From positions 1 to 55,259 of IMG/VR virus record IMGVR_UViG_3300023184_005048: DNA of 55,259 nt. One strand, written 5' to 3'. Shown piece after piece: positions 41,887 through 50,566 of this stretch; position 1 is the first letter of the stretch; each line of letters begins with the position of its first letter. The notes under the pieces were generated by a model. It worked only from the letters and a program-made list of their open reading frames with translations, was not told the origin of the DNA and did no database searches. The DNA comes from a virus. Its lineage: Duplodnaviria; Caudoviricetes. The translations under genes were made by a program, and so were the position numbers.

Positions 41887-42270
41887 ATGGAAAAAAAGAA
41901 AAGACCTGATAGTTTTGTAGAAAATCGAATGAGTAAGACTTATCCAACGGAAATTGGCGCACCAAAATTTGAGCCAGATAATATTAGTCTATTTAAAATT
42001 GAAAAAACTTCTAAGATAAAAAAATACTATTCGTCAAAATTTGAAGAAATGACGAAAGAGTATGAAAAGCTAATGTCAGAAATTAAAATGAATGAAAGAC
42101 TTTATATGGCTACGCATAACTTTACACCAATCTCTGGTGAAATTTATCACTTATATAAAAAGGAATCCAATGAAGAATTCCTTTCTTTAATATCTCCGGA
42201 ACAATGGAAAAAATTTGAGTTTATCGGCTCTTTCAAATTTTTATCTGATGGAAGATGGGAGGTAGCTTAA
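41887..42270 (+). CDS. DUF2452-like protein
   Basis: F.P..GEIYHLY...FLSLISPEQW...GSF....DGRW. Confidence 0.6.
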   Translation: MEKKKRPDSFVENRMSKTYPTEIGAPKFEPDNISLFKIEKTSKIKKYYSSKFEEMTKEYEKLMSEIKMNERLYMATHNFTPISGEIYHLYKKESNEEFLSLISPEQWKKFEFIGSFKFLSDGRWEVA

Positions 42271-43871
42271 CCTACCCACCCTTCTTTCAAACTTACCGTT
42301 TTATTGAAACTTTTACCATCAGTATCTAAAATATAATACCCTTTTCTCATCATTTGAACTGGCTCCTTGACGTTTAAAACGTGAGGCTCAAAGATTGCCT
42401 TATCATTAATTATAAGTGAACCTGGGTTAATATAATTGATAAAATCATCTTCATTTTTATCTGGTGATTCATCATTAAATAATCTTTCATATTCATTTAC
42501 TCTAACTCTAACTCCGTGTTCAGCAGATACCCAGTGAATAGTTCCTTTAATTTTTCTTTCAAAAGTCATACCCGATCTTGTTAAAGGATCATAAGTACAC
42601 CTAATCTCAATAATTTCTCCTAATTCATTCTTTATAACTTCATTAGCCTTAATAACATAAGCACCTTTTAATCTTACTTCACCACCTAATTTTAATCTGT
42701 GGAATTTGTTATTGGCTTCTTCTCTGAAATCTTCCGCCTCAATAAATAATTCACCACTAAAAGGAATCATTCTCACTCCAGCACTTTCATCACCAGGATT
42801 GTTTTCAACCTCAACCATTTCAGTTCCCATATCCCAATTTGTAATAACTAACTTAACTGGCTCCATGACTCCCATTAATCTATTAGCAACTACATTCAAA
42901 TCAGTTCTTAAACATTCTTCTAAAAGTAAGTAAGAAACAACAGACTCTTTTCTAGTAACAGAAATTCTATCACAAAAATCTTTAATAGCATTTGGTGTAA
43001 AACCTCTTCTTCTTAATCCAGAAATAGTTGGCATTCTTGGATCATCCCAACCCGTAACATAAGATTCTTCTACAAGTCTTTTTAACTTTCTCTTTGACAT
43101 AACTGTATAGTCAATGTTCAAACGAGCAAACTCAGTTTCTTCTGGTAATGAATTTTCTAAATCACAATTTTCTAACACCCACATATATAAAGGTCTATGA
43201 ACTTCAAATTCTAAAGTACAAAGTGAATCAGTGATACCTTCTTTATAATCAGATAAAGGATGAGCAAAGTCATACATTGGATAAATCTTCCAAGTATCAC
43301 CAGTTCTGTGATGTGACTTAGAGATTATTCTATAAATAACTGGATCTCTTAAAATCATATTTGGTGAAGTCATATCAATATTAGCTCTCAATATTTTAGA
43401 ACCTTCAGAGAATTCACCTAATCTCATTCTATTAAATAAGTCTAAGTTTTCTTCTACTGATCTAGACTTGTAAGGTGAGTCTTTACCAACTGAAGTTGGA
43501 GTTCCTTTCATTAAAGCAATTTCTTCAGATGTTGAATCATCAACATAAGCTAAGCCTTTTTTAATTAAAGTAACGGCACAATTATAAAGAAATTCAAAGT
43601 AATCAGATGTATAGAAAATATTAGCTGGTTTGTAGCCAAGCCATTCTATATCTTTTATAATTGACTCTACATAGTGAGTATCTTCAGTAGTTGGATTTGT
43701 ATCATCAAATCTTAGATTACAAGGTCTATTATACTTTTCAGCTAATCCGAAATTTAGTATAATGGATTTAGCGTGACCAATATGGAGATAACCATTTGGC
43801 TCTGGTGGAAATCTTAATGTTAGTTTATCAAGATTGTTTTTGTCTAATATTTTATCTTCAATGAAATTCAT
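42267..43871 (-). CDS. glnS: Glutaminyl-tRNA synthetase
   Basis: RFPPEPNGYLHIGHAK, LRFDDTNP, IYPMYDFAH, CTLEF, MSKRKL, KGTIHWVS. Confidence 0.95.
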   Translation of the reverse strand: MNFIEDKILDKNNLDKLTLRFPPEPNGYLHIGHAKSIILNFGLAEKYNRPCNLRFDDTNPTTEDTHYVESIIKDIEWLGYKPANIFYTSDYFEFLYNCAVTLIKKGLAYVDDSTSEEIALMKGTPTSVGKDSPYKSRSVEENLDLFNRMRLGEFSEGSKILRANIDMTSPNMILRDPVIYRIISKSHHRTGDTWKIYPMYDFAHPLSDYKEGITDSLCTLEFEVHRPLYMWVLENCDLENSLPEETEFARLNIDYTVMSKRKLKRLVEESYVTGWDDPRMPTISGLRRRGFTPNAIKDFCDRISVTRKESVVSYLLLEECLRTDLNVVANRLMGVMEPVKLVITNWDMGTEMVEVENNPGDESAGVRMIPFSGELFIEAEDFREEANNKFHRLKLGGEVRLKGAYVIKANEVIKNELGEIIEIRCTYDPLTRSGMTFERKIKGTIHWVSAEHGVRVRVNEYERLFNDESPDKNEDDFINYINPGSLIINDKAIFEPHVLNVKEPVQMMRKGYYILDTDGKSFNKTVSLKEGWVG

Positions 43872-43889
43872 AATTTTTATATTTTTTAG

Positions 43890-43960
43890 TTGTCTCGCTA
43901 GGATTCGAACCTAGACTAGAAGAGTCAAAATCTTCTGTGCTGCCGTTACACTACGAGACA
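43890..43960 (-). tRNA. tRNA-Gln(UUG)
   Basis: Cloverleaf; GAAGA-TTTTGAC-TCTTC. Confidence 0.9.
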
Positions 43961-43966
43961 TTTTTG

Positions 43967-44038
43967 TTGCTCCACTTGGACTCGAACCAAGCTCATCTGT
44001 TTCAAAGACAGATATGATCACCCATATACTATGGAGCA
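43967..44038 (-). tRNA. tRNA-Gln(UUG)
   Basis: Cloverleaf; TCTGT-CTTTGAA-ACAGA. Confidence 0.88.
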
Positions 44039-44046
44039 AAATGTTG

Positions 44047-44117
44047 TTGTCTTACTAGGACTCGAACCTAGAATAGAAGAGTCAAAATCTTCTGTGTTGC
44101 CATTACACTATAAGACA
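44047..44117 (-). tRNA. tRNA-Gln(UUG)
   Basis: Cloverleaf; GAAGA-TTTTGAC-TCTTC. Confidence 0.9.
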
Positions 44118-44119
44118 AT

Positions 44120-44154
44120 AAAAAAACCCTACTCAATCAGATTGAATAGGGTTT
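44120..44154 (-). terminator. Attenuator terminator before the tRNA-Gln x3/glnS unit
   Basis: AACCCTATTCAAT-ctg-ATTGAGTAGGGTT hairpin plus T-run. Confidence 0.85.
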
Positions 44155-44182
44155 GTAAAGTTTTAACAATACGATACCGTTA

Positions 44183-44236
44183 TCAATCTGTTCGATTAAT
44201 TTGTTGTTGTTGTTGGTATTGTGATGTTGTTGTCAT
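44183..44236 (-). CDS. Gln-rich leader peptide MTTTSQYQQQQQINRTD
   Basis: Hand-translated; six CAA codons; its 3' end CAGATTGA is complementary to the terminator 5' arm and loop. Confidence 0.85.
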   Translation of the reverse strand: MTTTSQYQQQQQINRTD

Positions 44237-44266
44237 AATTCTATTTATTAATATTTTGTTTCTTTG

Positions 44267-44343
44267 TCGAGATGGCAGGATTCGAACCTGCGAGTTCTCC
44301 TGCTCCCAAAGCAGGCGGGGTAACCGGACTCCCCAACATCTCG
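44267..44343 (-). tRNA. tRNA-Pro(UGG)
   Basis: CCTGC-TTTGGGA-GCAGG; C1-G72, A73. Confidence 0.9.
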
Positions 44344-44351
44344 TATTTTAG

Positions 44352-44425
44352 CGGTCCCGACGGGATTCGAACCCGCACCTCGCACCGTGACAGGGTGGTA
44401 TTGTAAACCATTCAACCACGGGACC
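44352..44425 (-). tRNA. tRNA-Asp(GUC)
   Basis: Loop CTGTCAC; G73. Confidence 0.9.
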
Positions 44426-44489
44426 GTTTTTGAGAATTCTTTTACTCTATTCTCTAAAGAGTATCTTTTGCCTCAAAGGCTACTTGTTG

Positions 44490-44561
44490 CGGTCTAGAAG
44501 GGTTTCGATCCCTCTACTTCTGCGTGACAGGCAGATATGATAGCCACTTCACCACTAGACC
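44490..44561 (-). tRNA. tRNA-Asp(GUC)
   Basis: TCTGC-CTGTCAC-GCAGA; T-loop ATCGAAA. Confidence 0.85.
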
Positions 44562-44568
44562 ATTTTTG

Positions 44569-44641
44569 TCGGGAAGGTCGGAATCGAACCGACTAACTGA
44601 AGCCTCCAGAGCCCCCGTGCTTAAACCTTAGTCACTTCCCG
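44569..44641 (-). tRNA. Atypical tRNA-Pro(UGG)
   Basis: CGGGAAG/CTTCCCG acceptor; loop TCTGGAG (C33, A37); weak D-arm. Confidence 0.65.
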
Positions 44642-44656
44642 TTTTTTATATAAAAC

Positions 44657-44689
44657 AAAAAACCCAGTTAATCTTTCGACTAACTGGGT
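44657..44689 (-). terminator. Attenuator terminator before the Pro/Asp/Gln tRNA array
   Basis: ACCCAGTTAGTC-GAAA-GATTAACTGGGT hairpin plus T-run. Confidence 0.85.
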
Positions 44690-44712
44690 AATGTTTCATA
44701 GGTAATATATTC

Positions 44713-44811
44713 TTAACCTAAAACTACATAGTTAGCCTCTTTCGAACCAGGATCCTGATCGATTACAACTTGCGGTTGCGGGTTAACGATATTTAAGTTT
44801 AAGTTTTTCAT
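44713..44811 (-). CDS. Leader peptide MKNLNLNIVNPQPQVVIDQDPGSKEANYVVLG
   Basis: Hand-translated; Pro/Gln/Asp cluster followed by GGCTAACT, complementary to the terminator 5' arm. Confidence 0.75.
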   Translation of the reverse strand: MKNLNLNIVNPQPQVVIDQDPGSKEANYVVLG

Positions 44812-44816
44812 TTCAG

Positions 44817-44889
44817 TATATATTAAAAAGGATTTCTTCCTTTTGTTCTTATTTTATACAAATATACAACAAAGTTTTAATTTGTCAAA
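44817..44889 (-). promoter_or_regulatory. Tandem promoters: AATATATA (44817-44824) and Bacteroidota-type TATATTTG/TTTG (44859-44889)
   Basis: Both recurring motifs lie directly upstream of the leader ORF. Confidence 0.6.
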
Positions 44890-44901
44890 TATTTTTTATT
44901 T

Positions 44902-45270
44902 TTATTTGAAATTTTCTTTTGATTTGAAATCTAATATTTCAATATTAAAAGGTGTTAATTTTCTACCTAGTTCTTCAACTATAGTAAGTATTTCTCTTTC
45001 ATTATAAACAGTAATGTTAAAATGAGCAACAGCATCTATTTCAACAGCACCATCTTCTAATTCAGCAACAGTTCCTTCATCAAGAATATTAACTTCAACA
45101 GACTCTTGATCGTAAAACAACTCGCTAACTTTAGATAAACCTAAGATTATTTTATCTTCAGTGATATCTTCACCTCTTAATAATATGTCAATATTATAAG
45201 ATTCTTTTGGTTCAGAATATCTGAATCCTACGGTTCTTTGATATTCATTTATTGATTGTAAATATTTCAT
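44902..45270 (-). CDS. Hypothetical protein with MKYLQSINE tag
   Basis: ORF; AATATATA 4 nt upstream. Confidence 0.65.
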   Translation of the reverse strand: MKYLQSINEYQRTVGFRYSEPKESYNIDILLRGEDITEDKIILGLSKVSELFYDQESVEVNILDEGTVAELEDGAVEIDAVAHFNITVYNEREILTIVEELGRKLTPFNIEILDFKSKENFK

Positions 45271-45294
45271 AGATTATATATTAATTTTTAAAAC

Positions 45295-45325
45295 AAAAAA
45301 CCCTCAGATAAAAATCTAAGGGCTT
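45295..45325 (-). terminator. Intrinsic terminator after the cold-shock gene
   Basis: GCCCTTAGAT...ATCTGAGGGT hairpin plus T-run. Confidence 0.75.
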
Positions 45326-45349
45326 TAATTCTTTAGTACTAAAAATATA

Positions 45350-45541
45350 TTAAGCGTTAACTGATACGTTAACTGCGTTTAATCCTTTTTTACCTTCTGT
45401 TACTTCAAAGCTAACTGAATCTTTTTCTTTAATTTCATCAATTAATCCTGTAGCGTGTACAAACACATCTGTTCCGTTCTCGTCTGTGATGAAACCAAAT
45501 CCTTTAGCTTCATTGTAGAACTTTACTGTTCCTGTTTTCAT
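45350..45541 (-). CDS. Cold-shock domain protein
   Basis: GTVKFYNEAKGFGFI, DVFVH, GKKGLNAVNV. Confidence 0.95.
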   Translation of the reverse strand: MKTGTVKFYNEAKGFGFITDENGTDVFVHATGLIDEIKEKDSVSFEVTEGKKGLNAVNVSVNA

Positions 45542-45606
45542 TCTTTTATTCTTGTTTATTTTTATTTTTTGGTATTATTACCACTTGTTATATATTGAAT
45601 ATGAAA

Positions 45607-46017
45607 TTAGTTTATACCTAAATCATTTAATATTTTATCTCTTAATTTAGGAACATCATGAATAGCATAAACTGAATTTCTTGTAATTAGAATATTATCA
45701 TCTATTATTTTATTAACAGTTGATGTGTACCAATTTACTACACCATAAGACTCACCTATCTTTGGTTCTTTATTTTGTATTCCTTTTAATGTGTTTGATG
45801 GTTTATCAAATCTAGAAAATCTATCAGGACGATCACTTGGTGTTCCAACAATAGATTGTTGAGTTTTTAGATATTTATATTCATCACCACATTTTTCTTT
45901 TAGAATTGTGACATAGTGGTCAAAAATAGGACCAGCATTATAAACAACCATAATAGTATCTCTACCTTCAGTTGGTATAATAGATCCTATCTTTAATATT
46001 TCAACTTCTTTATTCAA
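45607..46017 (-). CDS. Hypothetical protein
   Basis: ORF; WYTSTV..I...TRNSVY; C-terminal RDKILNDLGI. Confidence 0.65.
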   Translation of the reverse strand: MNKEVEILKIGSIIPTEGRDTIMVVYNAGPIFDHYVTILKEKCGDEYKYLKTQQSIVGTPSDRPDRFSRFDKPSNTLKGIQNKEPKIGESYGVVNWYTSTVNKIIDDNILITRNSVYAIHDVPKLRDKILNDLGIN

Positions 46018-46255
46018 TTATCTTATTTATTTTTTTATTTCTTATAAATGATTTTACCCAATAATCTGGTATCTCAATATATCCAATATCTTCTTTATTC
46101 GGTTCAGAAAATTCTGTTTTATAGAATCCTTCAGTTAAATGTATATTAGTTATATTAGGAATGCCATCAACAGTTTTACATCCCTTTTCTAAAAGAAAAG
46201 AATTTACAGCTTCAACTACATCAGATGATAAAAATCTTCCTTCAATATCTCTCAT
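46010..46255 (-). CDS. Hypothetical protein
   Basis: ORF; C-terminal RNKKINKII. Confidence 0.6.
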   Translation of the reverse strand: MRDIEGRFLSSDVVEAVNSFLLEKGCKTVDGIPNITNIHLTEGFYKTEFSEPNKEDIGYIEIPDYWVKSFIRNKKINKIIE

Positions 46256-46704
46256 ATTAAATATTTATCACCAGAGCCTGGTCTGAATGATTGTAGATTT
46301 CTAATAGCAGAAGAACTGATATGTTGAAATTCTTCATCACAACGAAAGAAAACAACATCAATATCTTTTTTGAAATCATTAATGAATTTTAATTGGTTAT
46401 CTTCATAAGCCAAGTCGTCACCGTTTCTTAGACCACGGACTAAAACAACTTTATAACCTTCTGATTCTTTTTTCTCAATAAGTTCGTGTAAGAAAGTAGT
46501 GTAAACTTCTACACTTCTTCCAATCTTATCTGATATTTCTAATGATCTTGATAAGGCATCACCACCATTTGCTTTCTCTGGATTAACTCCAATAGCAATT
46601 AAAACATTTCCTTCGCCAAATATCCTTTCAGCTTTCTCAACTATGTTAAGATGTCCGATGTGAAAGGGATTAAAAGAACCGGCATAAATGGCTAAAGTTT
46701 TCAT
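46252..46704 (-). CDS. coaD: Phosphopantetheine adenylyltransferase-like nucleotidyltransferase
   Basis: IYAGSFNPFHIGH, NPEK, VRGLRN..D..YE, HISSSAIR. Confidence 0.8.
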   Translation of the reverse strand: MKTLAIYAGSFNPFHIGHLNIVEKAERIFGEGNVLIAIGVNPEKANGGDALSRSLEISDKIGRSVEVYTTFLHELIEKKESEGYKVVLVRGLRNGDDLAYEDNQLKFINDFKKDIDVVFFRCDEEFQHISSSAIRNLQSFRPGSGDKYLI

Positions 46705-46868
46705 ATTATTTTAATTTTAAATATCTTTTACCTAAGATATTAATCATTTCATAATTCTTTTCTTTTTGAGCTTTTTCAAACTCATTAAATATTCTTCTTT
46801 TTAATCTTCTTCTTTTAAGAAATGTAAACATACTCTCTATATTAAAAGAGCCGGTTTCCCGGCTCATA

Positions 46869-48128
46869 TTAGTCAAACTCTAAATCAGAAGCGTATCCAT
46901 CGTATAAGTTTTCACTTCTTTTATCTTTTTGTTCTTGTTGATAAGCAACTGTGTTGTAATAGTTATCTAAACTATCAGAACCTAAGTCGTCACCTTTTGA
47001 GTAATCCAATTCTGGTAAGTACTCTAACAAGTCATTACGATTACACTCTGTTGTGTGGTTACCCGCATCTTGTTTATAATCAACTTTCAATTTGAAACCA
47101 TCCCACTCACAAGAGTCGTATTGTAAATCTAAAGATTTTAATAAGTTATTAATAATCATTGATTCATAATCAACACGTTCTTTACATAAGTCAACTGATA
47201 CAACTTTCTTAGTTAAAGAATCAATCTCTACATTAGAAACGTAGTTGTATTTTTTATCGTGGAACCAAACTTTATCAGTTCTAGGCTCATATTTTTTAGT
47301 GATGTTATTATTCCATCTTGATGCGCCTACACCACCTGAGTAGTAATCATCCCATTCATCCCATCCGTATCCATAACCACTATATGATTTGTATTCAGTT
47401 TTAGAAGGATCTCTATCAACAGGTAAGCCATTCCAATCAACTAATAAACAAGCCTCAGCCAATTTAGTTAAGTGTTCAATGTCTTGTTGTTCTGAAAATG
47501 TGTGTTCTGAACGGTAACCTACAGAGATATTAGTACACTCAGAGTAGATTTTAATAAATTGAACAGAGTCAGTTAAGATACCAGTTGGGTCATTTTTGTA
47601 TGAGAAAGAATCATCAGCCAAGTTTAATTGTTTTGATAAAGCCTCACCAAAAGTATCTGAACAACATCTTTGAGAAGATTGGAAAGTAATAACCGAATCA
47701 TTACCTCTACGGTCAAATGAAATTACTTTGTTGATACCTTCAATCTTTTGGTCTTTTTGAACATTGGCAACCTTTCTTGAACCAACACAACCAACTTCTT
47801 CACCTAAGAAAAAGTAGTAAAGTCCTGGTATTTTGTTTTCAATCATATAAAGCATAATTGTTACACCAGCTTTATCATCTGCTCCTAAAATTGATTTACC
47901 ATCAGTCTTAATAATGTTACCGTCAAAAACGTGATTAACTTGAGTAAGTGCTGAAGTGGCTGTATCTAAGTGAGAAGTAAACATTACATCACTCTCACCA
48001 ATCTTGATAAATAAGTTACCAAACTCGTCTTTTTGTAATTCTGAATTTAACAAAGGGAAAACATCTTCCTCAGTTCCGTGAGGGTATGTTCTACTTGTTA
48101 GTTCTAGAAATTTATCTTTAATGTTCAT
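46869..48128 (-). CDS. M20/M28-family zinc peptidase-like protein
   Basis: SHLDT, LGADDKAG, GEEVG, FDRRG, NISVGY..EH. Confidence 0.8.
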   Translation of the reverse strand: MNIKDKFLELTSRTYPHGTEEDVFPLLNSELQKDEFGNLFIKIGESDVMFTSHLDTATSALTQVNHVFDGNIIKTDGKSILGADDKAGVTIMLYMIENKIPGLYYFFLGEEVGCVGSRKVANVQKDQKIEGINKVISFDRRGNDSVITFQSSQRCCSDTFGEALSKQLNLADDSFSYKNDPTGILTDSVQFIKIYSECTNISVGYRSEHTFSEQQDIEHLTKLAEACLLVDWNGLPVDRDPSKTEYKSYSGYGYGWDEWDDYYSGGVGASRWNNNITKKYEPRTDKVWFHDKKYNYVSNVEIDSLTKKVVSVDLCKERVDYESMIINNLLKSLDLQYDSCEWDGFKLKVDYKQDAGNHTTECNRNDLLEYLPELDYSKGDDLGSDSLDNYYNTVAYQQEQKDKRSENLYDGYASDLEFD

Positions 48129-48244
48129 CTTGTCTATAGTTTTTTTCTACTTATATACAAATATACGGAGGTTATCCACAATATCCAAATTTATTAAGAA
48201 TTAATTTAAATAATATCTGAAATTACTTTTTTAATATATAAGTT

Positions 48245-50530
48245 ATGTCTCAACAAATAGTTTCAAATTTAGAAAATGGTACTCTTCTTATATCGGATAA
48301 GTTTGATATAAACGCATCAGCAAACGCTGTTGATGCTACTCCATATTTTAATACAGTTGGATCTGAATACATAATTAGTTTTGTAAATTTACAAAATATT
48401 AGTCAGTTAACCAATTTTAAATATGATACTTTAGGTTTAACAGATACAAGATTCTTAAAAAATTATTATCGTATTTCTAGAGACGGTAATGCTTGGACTG
48501 ACTGGTTAGACCTTAAAAGAAACATTGATAACTTTCCTACAGTTGATCCAAGAGATCCTTTATACTTAGATATTAAATGGGTTAGAGGTGGTTCTTCTCA
48601 AGTTGGTGCTATTAGAATATTAGAATATTCAATTAATGGTACTTTAGAAAGAACAATGTTTGAAAGTGCGGGCGACGGTATTAGTACTGTTAATTTAGCA
48701 CCAGGTGAAAATACAATTTGGTCAGCACCTTTTATTTATAAAGTATTTGGTATAACTGATGTAGAAGTAATAGCACCGACAAGTCTTACAGGTGTTGATA
48801 TTAAATATAGATTCTCTCAAGATAATTCAAGAACCTGGTCTAATTGGGAACCATTCACAAAAGAAAATATAACTACAACTAGAATTAACCCAATTAGATT
48901 TTTTCAAATTGAATACTCTATTACTAATAATACATCATCTACTGTAGGAATACAAGATATTAATATTATTGGTGACTTTCAAAATGTTAGTAAAGATTAC
49001 TTCAAAACTAATTTATATGGTATTAGAGAATGTTGTCAGTCTAATCTAACCGGATATACTGATGCTAGTGGTAATTTTGTACCAGCTAATAATACAAATG
49101 GTTCAGGAACTGGAGTTGGTGGTGGTATATCAAATTCAGGAGGTGCTTGTGATACAACAGGTGCTGGTTCAACTTTACCTCAAATGAATGATCAAGATAA
49201 AGCAAATTTATTTAACCCATACAAACAAAATACAGCTATGGATTTATTGAATAAATTAAGTGCTGATGCTGAACAAGTATTTGGACATAAAGTTATTTAC
49301 TTTGTTACTGATCCTGATAAAAGAGGTCAAGACCACACCATGCATGAATATCAATTATATAATGTTGTTTGTGAAGGTAATATTAAAGTATCGGTTGATG
49401 GTAATAACTTCCCAGATTCTCAAATTGTAATGAATCAATTTGATTTAAGTCTTTTTGAATCTATGAATGTTCATATAACAAAAAAACAATTTAAGGAAAT
49501 ATTTGGTCCACAAAGAAGACCAAGTAAAGAAGACTTTTTATATTTCTGTGATGTTAATAGAATGTTCCAAGTTGACCACGCTCAACAGTTTAGAAATTTT
49601 AATAACTCAGCAATTTACTACAAACTAGTTCTGAAAAAATACACTCAAAAAGCCAATGTCAAAGCTGGTACTCAAGAGATTCAAAACAAGTTACAACAAC
49701 TTACTAAGAATTCTACTATCAACGAATTATTTGGAATTGAAAATGCTCAAGATAAAGCTTCAATTGCTAACAAAGAACAATTTGCTCCTTTAACAAAGGA
49801 AACTATTAGATTAGAATATAAAGCCACAATTGATAAAGAATTAATTGAAAACTCCTCAACTATTATTAGTAAAGCTCATTATGATCTTTCATCTGTTGAT
49901 TATGGACAAGTCGCTGTTAAATATAAAAACTTTGATCCTTTATTAAGAGTATCTGATAACATTGGATATCAAATTTGGTTTAAAATTAATAACTATATTA
50001 CTAATGAGGTTTATAACTTCATGGATTACTATGATGCTACTAACTCATTAGGTTGGAAAGTTGATTTATCAAATGATGCTATTCAAGTTAAATTAAATTC
50101 AGATACTTATACTTATGATTTAATGGGTTATTCATCAGATCAAAATATGGCATTTGAAGAAGATGTTTGGTATTGCTATGTTCTTAATATAAATCAAAGA
50201 AATAGAAAATTAGAACATTATGTTTATAAGAGAAATGTTGATGATGAATCAGATGCTGCTAATTTGTCTAATACGATACTTAGAAAAGTTTATCAATATA
50301 CACAAGATATTACACCTATCACTTATCAAATTGAAAGTAATGTTACTTGTCAAATTCTTGCTTCTGATATGTCAGTTACCAACATTAGATTATTTATGGA
50401 AGATATTCCAGCTGAGCAACATAATAAAATATGTAATCAATATATTATTAGAGACGATTCTAAATATCTTGTTTTTGCTGATAACGCCACTACAAGATTA
50501 TATCTACCGAAATTTCCACTATATGAATAA
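48245..50530 (+). CDS. Virion protein with a T4 gp14-like neck domain
   Basis: FGHKVIYF...F...F.EIFG...RPSKEDFLYF...RMFQV.H...YKLVLKKY; late motif at 48233-48240. Confidence 0.6.
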   Translation: MSQQIVSNLENGTLLISDKFDINASANAVDATPYFNTVGSEYIISFVNLQNISQLTNFKYDTLGLTDTRFLKNYYRISRDGNAWTDWLDLKRNIDNFPTVDPRDPLYLDIKWVRGGSSQVGAIRILEYSINGTLERTMFESAGDGISTVNLAPGENTIWSAPFIYKVFGITDVEVIAPTSLTGVDIKYRFSQDNSRTWSNWEPFTKENITTTRINPIRFFQIEYSITNNTSSTVGIQDINIIGDFQNVSKDYFKTNLYGIRECCQSNLTGYTDASGNFVPANNTNGSGTGVGGGISNSGGACDTTGAGSTLPQMNDQDKANLFNPYKQNTAMDLLNKLSADAEQVFGHKVIYFVTDPDKRGQDHTMHEYQLYNVVCEGNIKVSVDGNNFPDSQIVMNQFDLSLFESMNVHITKKQFKEIFGPQRRPSKEDFLYFCDVNRMFQVDHAQQFRNFNNSAIYYKLVLKKYTQKANVKAGTQEIQNKLQQLTKNSTINELFGIENAQDKASIANKEQFAPLTKETIRLEYKATIDKELIENSSTIISKAHYDLSSVDYGQVAVKYKNFDPLLRVSDNIGYQIWFKINNYITNEVYNFMDYYDATNSLGWKVDLSNDAIQVKLNSDTYTYDLMGYSSDQNMAFEEDVWYCYVLNINQRNRKLEHYVYKRNVDDESDAANLSNTILRKVYQYTQDITPITYQIESNVTCQILASDMSVTNIRLFMEDIPAEQHNKICNQYIIRDDSKYLVFADNATTRLYLPKFPLYE

Positions 50531-50531
50531 T

Positions 50532-50566
50532 AAAAAAGCCTCTGATTTTTCAGAGGCTTTCTTTTT
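50532..50566. terminator. Bidirectional terminator between convergent genes
   Basis: AAAAAAGCCTCTGA-tttt-TCAGAGGCTTT. Confidence 0.8.

Noticed and set aside
44031-44351. 106-aa plus-strand ORF with a CCCCW run
   Set aside because: It is antisense to tRNA genes and the Gln leader; the Cys run is the reverse complement of the CAA repeat.
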